Assembly: GCA_964016885.1 (NCBI GenBank)
Contig: OZ024742.1
Span: 198,772,001-198,836,000 of the forward strand
Reading direction: 5' to 3'
Source of the DNA: Eledone cirrhosa
Taxonomy: Eukaryota
Length of the DNA stretch: 64,000 nucleotides
Under the pieces are notes generated by a model, which ran no database searches, had not been told where the DNA came from, and saw only the letters and a list, made by a program, of their open reading frames with translations. Below are positions 51,745-64,000 of the stretch, piece by piece. The position numbers and the translations under genes are program-made. Each line of letters begins with the position of its first letter. The first letter of the stretch is position 1.

Positions 51745-54153
51745 GTGACCTACATTCCGCGGGCTCACATACATTCTCTGTGCGTGATTTGGTTCAGTTC
51801 AGCCAATCAGCGCCAGTAGAAGAGGATGTATCCCTACGCGCCCTGAGGAAGAAATTCACCGCGAAGATTTGAAGAATCTCGCTCTTGTACCGAAACTTCA
51901 AGCCAGCAACACGCATAATGTAATAGTGAGATATTGTACCACTAGCCTCGCCGGCTTAACGGCGCAATGGCACATTCCATTTTGTAACCTCTTTTTATCT
52001 GTAACTTCAACCATATAAATAAACAAACATTGCATCTCTAATTACTGCGGTTGAAGTCGTTATTATGTTTACTCGTGTCTCAATGACATCTTTAATCCAT
52101 GCTGCTGGAATTGGCGACCTGACGAAAGGAATATTGTAAATAGATGGTAAATAGATCGAGGGACCTTCCCTCACGTCTATGTCAACAAGATAATCCAACG
52201 AGGATACTATCACTTACCACACTGGCAACTAACGACCACTGATTCTACCACCCCGCTAAAGTGGCGATAACATCTATAACCAATACTGCTAAAGTGGTGA
52301 CCGACGTAAGAATATCACGCAGCCCTTCTTATTCATTCAGTTTAACTTTTATTGCCACGTCGCAACTTGCGAAAATCCAGAATATTCCTTTTAAGATTTT
52401 TGAAAAATTGGCAGTATTTCAAAAACTTTTTCGCTACGAAAAAATTTCAAGATGGCTACCGACATGTCATGGCTACGCTTGACAACAACAATGACAGCAG
52501 TAGCGACAGCGTTGTTTAACCACTGACCAATACAGGGAACAGTGAGTGGCAGCTTCATAACCTTACCAACGCCAACCACCACACATCGGAAATTTCAAAA
52601 CGGCTTGTAACTTTACCGACGCAACCACCATACCTTCTGTCTCGTTACCACAGGGACGCGAGAAATTGAGACAGTAGTTTTCTCACTATTATGCCGTCAG
52701 ACGTGACTGCCATATTTGGTGACTCCTAATCTACAGAAGATTCTTTGACTTTGCTTTAACAATAAGAAACACAACCGTGTGGCGGGACGGGAAAATGGCC
52801 ACGAAATCTCACAAAAACACCATACATCTAACCCCTAACGGCATTAACAAACTTCTTTTTCAGTTTTCAGATCGAACTAGTGTCTGTACACTGGTGATGT
52901 GTGAACTATTTGACTTTGAAAAACTTTGAACTTATTGAGCAATTTCTCTGCTCCCCTAGATTGACTTTGAATTATCAGTTTGTTACATTCACATATTTCT
53001 TTGTAGAATGCATTTACTTGTTTTGTGCTCTTTTGCTATTTGCTTGCTCATGGTTTTTGTTCATTCACATTCTTTGCTGTTTTACATGCCTGCATATGCA
53101 CACATTTTTTTTTATCACACACCAACATGTTGTTCTTGGTATATGTTCTTCAAACGTAATATTCTGCGAGTCCCTTTTCACCTGGTTGAGATGCTGGCAG
53201 CTCACAGAGCTTAATCCACTGGATTCAAACGGTCACCGCAACACGAGAATACTAATTGCCGCTGAACTCAAACAGCTTCGCATCTCGTTGCACACTGATC
53301 GTCCATAACGGCCATCCGTATTGTTGTTTTTGCCCGACTCGCTGGGAAAGCAACAAGTTGAACTGGACTTGTCAACATTTCGGCCACTTCTGTGGATTCG
53401 CCCAAATTATGGAATTTACACTGCAACCCACCTACAAATTAAACTTGCCTTTTGTTCTTTACAAAGCAACCAGCCATTTTTTCCTGGCTCCACAGCACAT
53501 TCGACAATACATCTGGGGGCCATCATTTTCTCGCCAGCACTGGTAAACTACCATAATAGCTTCGTTCACAGCTACTGGTACAACGCTTACCATTAACATT
53601 TAATGCAAGAACAGCAACTTCGCCCATGTCAGACTTTATCCGTTTTTTGTTAGACCTTTGGCGGTCACGTATAAACAACAAAACAACTGGTCATTTGACA
53701 CAGCGGCTCAACACGGCCCGTAGCGCCTCATTTTTGTTCTTGCATGCGACCTTCTGCTCAATTATTTTTTTCACTGATGTGCTCTTTCAGCATTTGTTCT
53801 TGTTGATTTAATATGTGAGTCCTTGGTTTCTTCGTTATCGATTTTCGGCTGAAAATCTGGTTGGAGGTGATGTAGTGACCTACATTCCGCGGGCTCACAT
53901 ACATTCTCTGTGCGTGATTTGGCTCAGTTCAGCCAATCAGCGCCAGTAGAAGAGGATGTATCCCTACGCGCCCTGAGGAAGAAATTCACCGCGAAGATTT
54001 GAAGAATCTCGCTCTTGTACCGGAAACTTCAAGCCAGCAACACGCATAATGTAATAGTGAGATATTGCCACACTTACCACACTGGCAACTAACGACCACT
54101 GATTCTACCACCCCGCTAAAGTGGCGATAACATCTATAACTAATACTGCTAAA
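51745..54153 (+). mobile_element. Non-autonomous LTR retroelement A (copy 2, part of the segmental duplication)
   Basis: Near-identical to 38473-40881, including flanks and the 3' LTR deletion. Confidence 0.9.
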
Positions 54154-56692
54154 ACATTTTTGATAGAAATGCCCTCAAAATGTCAACATAATGACATATT
54201 TGATAGAAATGCCGTCAAAGTTGCAACATAATAAGATTTTCGATAGATATGCCGTCAAAATGTCAACATAATGATCTTTTTGATAGAAATGCCATCAAAG
54301 TGTTAACATAATGACATTTTTTATAGAAATGCGGTAAAAATGTCAACATAATGAGATTTTCGAGAGAAATGCCGTCAAAATGTCAACATAATGGCCCTTT
54401 TCATAGAAATGCCGTCAAAATGTCAACATAATGGCCCTTTTCATAGAAATGCCGTGCAAATGAATAGATAATGAGATTTTTGATAGATATGCCGTCAAAA
54501 TGACACCATAATGAGATTTTTGATAAGAAATGCTCCCAAAATGTTAACATAATGACATTTTTTATAGAAATGCCGTTAAAATGTCAACATAATGACATTT
54601 TTTAGAGAAATGCCGTCAAACTCTCAACATAATTAGATTTTTTATACATATGTCGTCAAAATGTCAACCTAATAAGATTTTTGATAGATATGCAGTCAAA
54701 ATGTCAACAAATGAGATTTTCGATAGAAATGCCGTTAAAATGTCAACATAATGACATTTATAATAGAAATGAAGTCAAAATGTCAACATAATGAGATTTT
54801 CGATAGAAATAGCGTCAAAATGACAAATTAAGATTTTCGATAGAAATGCCGTTAAAATGTCAACATAATGATATTTCTGATAGAAATGCCGTCAAAATAT
54901 CAGCATATTAAGATTTTGATAGATATGCCGACAAAATGTCAACATAATGACTATTTTGATAGAAATGCCGTCAAAATGTCACCATAATGAGATTTTTGAT
55001 AGAAATGCTCCCAAAATGTTAACATAATGATATTTTTGAGAGAAATGCCGTCAAAATGTCAACATAATGACATTTTTTAGAGAAATGCCGTCAAACTCTC
55101 AACATAATTAGATTTTTTATACATATGTCGTCAAAATGTCAACATAATAAGATTTTTGATAGATATACAGTCAAAATGTCAACATAATGAGATTTTCGAT
55201 AGAAATGCCGTTAAAATGTCAACATAATGACATTTATAATAGAAATGAAGTCAAAATGTCAACATAATGAGATTTTCGATAGAAAAAGCGTCAAAATGTC
55301 AAATTAAGATTTTCGATAGAAATGCCGTTAAAATGTCAACATAATGATATTTCTGATAGAAATGCCGTCAAAATATCAGCATATTAAGATTTTGATAGAT
55401 ATGCCGACAAAATGTCAACATAATGACATTTTTGATAGAAATGCCGTCAAAATGTTAAAATAATGAGATCTACGATAGAAATGTTTTCAAAACGTTAACA
55501 TGATGAAATTTTTTTATAGAAATGCCCTCAAAATATCAACATAATGACATGTTTTAGAGAAATGCCCTCAAACTCTCAACATAATTAGATTTTTTATACA
55601 TATGTCGTCAAAATGTCAACATAATAAGATTTTTGATAGATATGCAGTCAAAATGTCAACATAATGAGATTTTCGATAGAAATGCCGTTAAAATGTCAAC
55701 ATAATGACATTTATAATAGAAATGAAGTCAAAATGTCAACATAATGAGATTTTTGATAGAAATAGCGTCAAAATATCAAATTAAGATTTTCGATAGAAAT
55801 GCCGTTAAAATGTCAACATAATGATATTTCTGATAGAAATGCCGTCAAAATATCAGCATATTAAGATTTTGATAGATATGCCGACAAAATGTCAACATAA
55901 TGACATTTTTGATAGAAATGCCGTCAAAATGTCAAAATAGTGAGATCTACGATAGAAATGCCTTCAAAACGTCAACATGAAATTTTTTATAGAAATGCCC
56001 TCAAAATGTCAACATAATGATATTTTTTATAGAAATGCCGCCAAAAAGTCAACATAATGACATTTATGATATAAATGCAGTCAAAATGCCAACATAATGA
56101 GATTTTCGAAAGAAATACCGTCAAAATGTTAACATAAGATTTTCGATTGAAATGCCGTCAAAATGTCAACATACTGAGATTTATAATAGAAATGAAGTCA
56201 AAATGTCAACATAATGAGATTTTCGACAAAAATGCCGTCGCAATGTCAACATAATGACATTTTTGATAGAAATGCCCTCAAAATGTCAACATAATGACAT
56301 ATTTGATAGAAATGCCGTCAAAGTCCCAACATAATAAGATTTTCGATAGGTATGCCGTCAAAATGTCAACATAATGATCTTTTTGATAGAAATGCCATCA
56401 AAGTGTGAACATAATGACATTTTTTATAGAAATGCGGTAAAAATGTCAACATAATGACATTTTTGAGATAAATGCCGTCAAAATGTCAACATAATGATAT
56501 TTTTTATAGAAATGCCGTAAAAATGTCAACATAATGAGATTTTCGATAGAAATGCCGTCAAAATGTCAATATAATGAGATTATCGATAAAAATTACATCA
56601 AAATGTTAACATAAAGAGATTTTCGATAGAAATGCCGACAAAATGTCAACATACTGAGATTTTTTATAGAAATGCTGCCAAAATGTTAACAT

Positions 56693-59488
56693 TGTAGTAA
56701 CTATGGCGACAGTGTGTTGACTATAGCAACACAGTGTCGCCACCTGTGGGTAACACAAAAAAATAGCGAATTACTTCCCTTATCTCGGCGTTCTCTAAAA
56801 GAAGAGACGCCAATGTAAAACTCAAGAGATTTGGGTTTCAATTCCAGTCGCCTTTGTCCTGCCACGTGGACGTACTTTGTAACAACGCCTGTTTTTGACC
56901 AAGAGATTTTGATATCTCTTCTTGAATGTAAGAATTAAGCCATTGCCGTTTAGCTTGCAGGGTATGTCCTATGAATGTAATTATTATGTTGTGTTTTATT
57001 AAATGAATCATTTAATAAAAGATTAGCCTTGTTATCGTTAAAGCCCTTCTGTTTTAATTAATAATCTTAGAGAGATGAGATGTCGTTCACACACCTGGAC
57101 GATATATCATTTTTGTAAACTGGTGACCGACGTAAGAATTTTACGCAGCCTTTTTATTCAGTTGAACTTCACTATTATTACCACGTTGCCAACCTTTTCG
57201 CAACTTACGAAAATACAAAATATTCCTTTTAAAATTTAAAAAAAAATTAGCAGTATTTCAAAAACTTTTCGCCACGAGGAAATTTCAAAATGGCTACCGA
57301 CAAGTCCTGTCTACAATCAACAACAGCAGCGACAACACATGGCTAACTATTAACCAACACCAGGGAATGGCTTATAACTTTACCGACGCAACCACCATAC
57401 CTTCTGTCTCGTTACCACAAGGACTCGAGAAATTAAGACATTAGTCTTCTCACCATTATGGCGTCAGACGTGGCTGCCATATTGGTGACTCTAGGTTCTT
57501 CAACGCTAGACTTCGACTCTACAGAAGATTCATTGTGACTTTGTCTTAACAGCAACAACAACTCTACTAGCTCCCTAGTAAGGGCGATCCCAAAGAAAAG
57601 AAAAGCGAACTTTTTGTTAAAAGAAAAGAAACAATTCTTTCTTTCTTCCTTTTTTTTCAGGCATTTATTTTAGACATTTTTTTTCTTCCGATACGGCTTC
57701 CTGCAATACAAACAAGCAACACAACCTTATGTCACACAAGGTGGCAGGACGGTAAAATGGCCACGAAAACTCTCAAAAACAATATACATCTAATCCCTAG
57801 TGGCATTAACAAACTTCTTTTTCAGTTTTCAGATAGAACTAGTGTCAGAAAGTCTGTACACTGGTGATGTGTGAACTATTTGACTTTGAAAAACTTTGAA
57901 CTTATCATTTAGCATTAATTTCTCTGCTCCCTTATATTGACTTTGAATTATCAGTTTGTTACATTCACATATTTCTTTGTAAAATGCATTTACTTGTTTT
58001 GTGCTTTTTTGCTATTTGCTTGCTCATGGTTTTTGTTCATTCACATTCTTTGCTGTTTTACATGCCTGCATAAGCACACATTTCTTTATCACACACCAAC
58101 ATGTTGTTCTTGGTATATATTCTTCAAACGCAATATTCTGCGAGATCCCTTTTCACCTGGTTGAGGTGCCGTCACATGCTAGCGACTCATAGAGCTTAAT
58201 TCACCTGGATTCAAACAGGCACCGCAACACGAGAATGCTAATTGCAGCTGAACTCAAACAGTTTCGCATCTCGTTGCACACCCATCGTCCATAACAACCT
58301 CTATGTTGTTACCTTACCCAACTCACTGGGAAAACAACAAATAGAACTGAACTTGTCAGCATTTCCACCACTTCTGTGGATTCGCCTGAATTATGGAACT
58401 GCAACCCACCTACAGATTCAACTTGCTTTTTTTTCTTTTCAAAGCAACCATCCATTTTTTCCTGGCTCCCTAGCACATTCGGCAATACATCTGGGAGGCC
58501 AACATTTTCTCGCCTACCTATCATCTTCTTGCCAGCACTAGTAAACTACCATAATAGGTTCATCCACAGCTACTGGTACAGCACTTACCATTAACATTTA
58601 ATGCAAGAACAGCAACTTCGCCCATGTCAGACTTTATCCGTTTTCTGTTAGACCTTTGGTGGTCACGTATAAACTACAAAACAGCTAGTCATTTGACACA
58701 GCGGCTCAACGCGGCCCTTAGCGCCTCATTTTTTTTCTTGCATGCATCCTTCTGCTCAATTATTTTTTCACTGATGTGCTCTTTCAGCATTGTTCTTGCT
58801 GATTCAATAATCTGTATCGACTTCCGCAGGCGACATCAAGTTATGGTTTTTGCAGCTTGAATGCTATTTTGATTTAACATATTTCACCTCTATATTGTTC
58901 GTTTTGAAACCGGTTTCAACAACTTGTAAAGAGTACCTTGTAAGGCTTTGGCTTCATTGTTATATACTACAGGAATTTTTCTTGCACCAATTTACAACTT
59001 CTAGTTCCTCCATGCTATCGTTTGTTTTACGATTTTTATTAAAAATCTGATCGGAGGTGATTGTAGTAACTATGGCGACAGTGTGTTGACTATAGCAACG
59101 CAGTGTCGCCACCTGTGGGTAACACAAAAAAATAGCGAATTACTTCCCTTATCTCGGCGTTCTCTAAAAGAAGAGACGACAATGTAAAACTCAAGAGATT
59201 TGGTTTTCAATTCCACTCGCCTTTGTCCTGCCACGTGGACGTACTTTGTAACAACGTCTGTTTTTGACCAAGAGATTTTCATATCTCTTCTTGAAAGTAA
59301 GAATTAAGCCATTGCCGTTTAGCTTGCAGGGTATGTCCTATGAATGTAATTATTATGTTGTGTTTTATTAAATGAATCATTTAATAAAAGATTAGCCTTG
59401 TTATCGTTAAAGCCCTTCTGTTTTAATTAATAATCTTAGAGAGATGAGATGTCGTTCACACACATGGACGATATATCATTTTTGTAAA
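56693..59488 (+). mobile_element. Non-autonomous LTR retroelement B (copy 2, part of the segmental duplication)
   Basis: Near-identical to 44297-47093, with the same ACAT TSD and flanks. Confidence 0.95.
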
Positions 59489-62433
59489 ACATAATGACAT
59501 TTTTGAGAGAAATGCCGTCAAAATGTCATCATAATGACATTTTTTAGAGAAATGCCGTCAAAATCTCAACATAATCAGATTTTTTATACATATGTCGTCA
59601 AAATGTCAACATAATGACATTTTTTTATATAAGTGCCGTCAAAATGTCAACATAATAACATTTTTGATAGAAATGCAGTCAAAATGTCAACATAATGAGA
59701 TTTTCGATAGAAATACCGTCAAAATGTCAACATAAGATTTTCGATAGAAATGCCGTCAAAATGTCAACATACTGAGATTTTGGATGGATAGAAATGCCGT
59801 TTAAATGTCAACATAATGTAATTTTCGATCGAAATGCCGTCACAATGTCAATATAATGATATTTTTTATAGAAATTCCGTCTAAATGTCAACATAATGAT
59901 AATTTCGATAGAAATGCAATCGAAATGTCAACATAATGAGTTTCTTTTATAGAAATCCGCTCAAAATATCACCATAATAAGAGTTTTGATAAAAATGCTG
60001 ATAAAACGAAAACAAAATGAAATTTTCGAGAGAAATGTCGTGAAAATGTCAATATAATATGATATTCGATAGAAATGGAGTCAAAATATCAACATAATGA
60101 CATTTATTATAGAAATGCCGTCAAAATCTGAACATAATCAAATTTTTTATAGATATGCCGTCAAAATGTCAACATAAGGAGATTTTCGATATAAATGCCG
60201 TCAAATAGTCAACATAATGAGATTTTCGATAGAAATGCCGATAAAATGTCCACATAATGATATTTCTGATAGAAATGCCGTCAAAACATCAGCATATTAA
60301 GATTTTGATAGATATGCCAACAAAATGTCAACATAATGACATTTTTTATAGAAATGCCGTCAAAATGTCAAAATAATGAGATCTATGATAGAAATGCCTT
60401 CAAAACGTCAACATGTTGAACTTTTTTTTATAGAATTGCCCTCAAAATGTCAACATAATGACATTTTTTATAGAAACGCCGTCAAAATGTCAACATCATG
60501 AGATTTTCGACAGAAATTCCGTCAAAATGTCAACATAATGACATTTCTGATAAAAATAACGTGTAAATATCAGCATATGAAGATTTTTGATAGATATGAC
60601 GACAAAATGTCAACATAATGACATTTTTGATAGAAATGCCGTCAAAATGTCAAAATAATCAGATTTATGATAGAAATGCCTTCAAAACGTCAACATAATG
60701 AAATGTTTTATAGAAATGCCCTAAAAATGTCAACATAATGATAATTTTCATAGAAATGCCGTAAAAATGTCAACATAATGAGATATTCGATAGAAATGCC
60801 GTCAAAATGTCAATATAATGAGATTATCGATAAAAATTACATCAAAATGTTAACATAAAGAGATTTTCGATAAAAAAAGCCGTCAAAATGTTAACATACT
60901 GAGATTTTGGATAGAAACGCCGTCAAAATGTCAACATAATGAGATTTTTGATAGAAATGCGGTCACAATGTCAACACAATGAGATTTTCGATAGAAATGA
61001 CGTCAAAATGTCAACATAATGACTTTTTTAATGGAAATGCCGTAAAAATCTCCACATAATGAGATTTTCGATAGAAATGCCGTCAAAATTTCAACATAAT
61101 GGCCCTGTTAATAGAAGTGTCATCAAAATGTCAACAATCAGATTTTCGATAAAAATGCCGTCTAAATGTCAGCATAATGAGATTTTTTATTGAAATGCCC
61201 TCAAAATGTCAACCTAATGACATCTTTTATAGAAATGCTGTTAAAATGTTAACATCATGACATTTTTTATAGAAATGCCGTCAAAATGTCAACATGAGAT
61301 TTTCGATAGAAATGCCGTCAAAATGTCAACATAATGGCATTTTTCAGAGAAATGCCGTCAAAATCTCAACATAATCAGATTGTTTTATACATATGTCGTC
61401 AAAATGTCAACATAATGATATTTTTCATAGAAATGCAGTCAAAATGTCAACATAATGTGATTTTGGTTAGAAATGCAGTCCAAAATATCAATATAATGAG
61501 ATTTTCGATAGAAATGCAGGTAAAATGTCAATATAATGTGATTTTCGATAGAAATGCCGTCAAAATGTCACCACATTGACATTTTCGATAGAAATTCCCT
61601 CAAAATGTCAACATATTGACATTTTCTTTATATAAATGCCGTCAAAATGTCTACATAATAACATTTTTCATAGATATGCAGTCAAATTGTCAACATAATG
61701 AGATTTTTTATAGAAATGCCGTCAAAATTTGAACATAATGACATTAATGATAGAAATACCGTCAAAATGTCAACATAAGATTTTCGATAGAAATGCCGTT
61801 AAAATGTCAATATACTGAGATTTTGGATAGAAATGCCGTCACAATGTCAACATAATGAAATTTTCGATAGAAATGCCGTCACATAATGAGATTTTCGATA
61901 GAAATGTCTTCAAAATGTCAACATAATGACATTTTCTATAGAAATGCCGTCAAAATCTCAACATAATGAGATATTTGATAGAAATGCTGTCAAAATATCA
62001 ACATAATGAGAAGTTTGATAGAAATGCCCTGAAAATGTCAAGATAATGAAATTTTAGATAGAATGCCGTGAAAATGTCAACATAATGAAATTTTTGATAG
62101 AAATGTCGTCAAAATGTCAATATAATGAGATTTTCGATAGAAATGCCGTCAAAATGTCAACATAATGAGATTTTCGATAGATATGTCGTCAAAATTTCAA
62201 CATAATGCGTTTTTTATAATAGAAATGCCGCCAAAATGTCAACATAATGAGATTTTCGATAGAAATGCCTTCAAAATGTCAACATAATGACATTTTCGAT
62301 ATTAGTACTTTATACTCATGAAAGGTAGAGTATAAATATCATAAACATTTTCTGTCTTATGGTTAAACTCTTACCATTTCAATAAAAATGAAAAGCTGAT
62401 TTAGTTTTTCATTTTCTTTGAAAAGATAAAAGC

Positions 62434-62436
<3 letters not shown>

Positions 62437-62500
<64 letters not shown>
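62437..62500. repeat. (AT)n microsatellite abutting the hAT TIR
   Basis: About 32 AT units directly before CAGTGGCGTC. Confidence 0.9.
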
Positions 62501-62503
<3 letters not shown>

Positions 62504-64000
62504 TGGCGTCACTAGGGAATTTGCGTCCGGGGGCAAGCTCGACCCCCCCCCCCCATCCTGTTATTTAAATGACATGAAAAATTATGAATATATGATCTAA
62601 AATTACTTTTATAAAATTAATATGGAAAAAAGAGTAAAAAAATATTTACAAAGGGATCTTTCTAGCTTTAGCTGATGCAAATTGATCGATTTTTTCATCA
62701 AAATCGGTTGCGTTTGTTTCTTCGCTTTCTATGCTGAGGATGGAAAGATCGCGCAGACGGCTTTGAGACATTGATGTCCGCAAATATGATAAGATGAGGT
62801 TGAGCTTGCTGAAGGATCTCTCACAGCTTGCGACGGAAACGGCCATTGTTAGCAGTATCCGATTCGGATATAGACTGTTGTCTCCGTATTGAACAATAAA
62901 ATTCAGGAGGTGTTCTGGTCTTGAGACTGAAACATTAGCGCGGGTTGACAACAACGCCCGACAGTCAACGGTTTCTTCAAAAAGCTCCTTGCCGTCAATG
63001 TCAGCATTGTAGTGATCAGCTAATGAAGAGCACTTTGATCGAAGCGCGAGGTCGTCTGGAAAAGGTGGATAGCACAGAGAGCGGATATCGAGGAGGAAGC
63101 CAAATCTCGCGTCAATATCGTTGAGACGGGCGAATCGTAGCTGCATTTCTGATTGAATTCGAAGGACAACAGTTTGTATGACTGTTTTTACTTCACTGGC
63201 TGGTGATAGTATTCATCTTCAGAATTATCTGAAAGCTGCCGTCTTGGCCTTCCGCTACGTTTGCTGATGTCAATGTTCCAGCGTTGACTTAACTCAATGC
63301 CTTTATTAAGTGATTGCTGGGCAAGAGTACTTCCATTATCCGCGAAATACTGCTGGAGGGCTTTGATGTCATCAGCGGCATCACGGAAGTTCATTGTTGG
63401 ATCTTGAAGGCGTTTCTGAACCCGATCGATTCGAGCCAGAATCCTATTCCAAAATCTAAGCAACAGGGAGAAGTGGAAGACAAGCATTTGGCTTAAAAGA
63501 TGTTCTGCATCACTTCGTGTGTCGGATCTCTCCTCATTATCCTCTACCAACTTTTGCAGAAGCTCGAGGATTTCATTCAGTAAGTTTGCAAGATGCTTTA
63601 CAGCATCTGCTCTTGCGCTCCACCTGGTGTCCGATGGAAATTTCAGAACAAAAGGGATTGCTTGCTTTAACTTTTCCCAACGCCGTGTTGATTGCGAAAA
63701 GAACGCAAACAATGACTCGATGACGTTGAAAAATGACATAACTTTGAAGCTACTCTTCGCTGCGATCAAACCAATGAGGTTAAGTGAATGGTTGTCACAG
63801 TTAACAAATATCGCCTTTTCGTTCAAATTCGTTATGCGTTGTTGAACCCCACTGGTGTGTCTGGCCATAACCGCAGCGTTGTCGTAACATTGTGCCTTGC
63901 AATAACCCAGCGCAAGGCCATCATCTTTCAATTCTTTTAAAATAAGTTCTACAATACTGGTTGCATCTTTCTCTACCAGTAGGGTGATCTCCAGAAAGGA
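62501..64000 (-). mobile_element. Second hAT transposon (3' part; continues beyond the window)
   Basis: TIR CAGTGGCGTCACTA (13/14 identical to the TIR at 8619), followed by GGGGGC/poly-C subterminal motifs and transposase sequence. Confidence 0.9.
62646..64000 (-). pseudogene. ZMYM1-like hAT transposase, C-terminal half, disrupted near 63150-63190
   Basis: YDNAAVM, FVNCDNHSLNL, SDTRWSAR and SVASCERSFSKL.LI..YLRTSM.Q.RL..L.ILSIE, split over two ORFs. Confidence 0.9.

Larger units (their letters stand above)
35285..60975 (+). repeat. Tandem segmental duplication: copy 1 ~35285-48572, copy 2 ~48573-60975
   Basis: Offsets of 13288, 13272 and 12395 between identical ORFs and variant monomers. 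The copies differ by rare SNPs and by indels of about 16, 40 and ~840 bp. Confidence 0.93.
28915..62302 (+). repeat. Satellite array, ~40-bp monomer AAATGCCGTCAAAATGTCAACATAATGAGATTTTCGATAG (roughly 570 monomers)
   Basis: Continuous head-to-tail diverged monomers in one orientation, interrupted only by the insertions listed. Confidence 0.98.

Noticed and set aside
51745-59488. Independent second insertions of A and B
   Set aside because: Identical flanks, junctions and LTR-specific lesions show they arose by segmental duplication.
29981-61579. Short ORFs within the satellite
   Set aside because: Chance open frames in diverged 40-bp monomers.
28915-62302. CRISPR-like array
   Set aside because: Monomers are contiguous and diverged, with no unique spacers and no cas genes, in a eukaryotic context.

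Overview
AT-rich eukaryotic, gene-free repeat landscape. The (TA)n/(TC)n microsatellites and SINE families resemble those of Octopus/cephalopods, though the organism is an inference. No intact host gene is visible. The left half is a pile of transposable elements: the end of a 73-bp tandem array, a dead mariner, SINEs and MITEs, and a hAT transposon (8619-18722, 14-bp TIRs, 8-bp TSD) carrying a young, nearly intact CsRn1-type Gypsy retrotransposon (8721-14581). It also holds a degraded L1/Tx1-like LINE, a CRE-like endonuclease fragment between inverted repeats, and nested Helitron-like elements with a MITE inside. The right half is a ~33-kb array of a 40-bp satellite (~28915-62302). The array is interrupted by two non-autonomous LTR elements (A and B), both copied again by a ~13-kb tandem duplication, and is followed by a second hAT. 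Most notable: the Gypsy element and elements A and B all have LTRs ending in ...TAAA instead of CA, beginning TGTAG (the 5' LTR of A has lost its first bases), plus tRNA-Trp-type primer sites. A and B share one internal region but have unrelated LTRs. This looks like a helper/parasite retroelement system with LTR swapping and satellite insertion. All coordinates and identities were read by eye; no database search was run.
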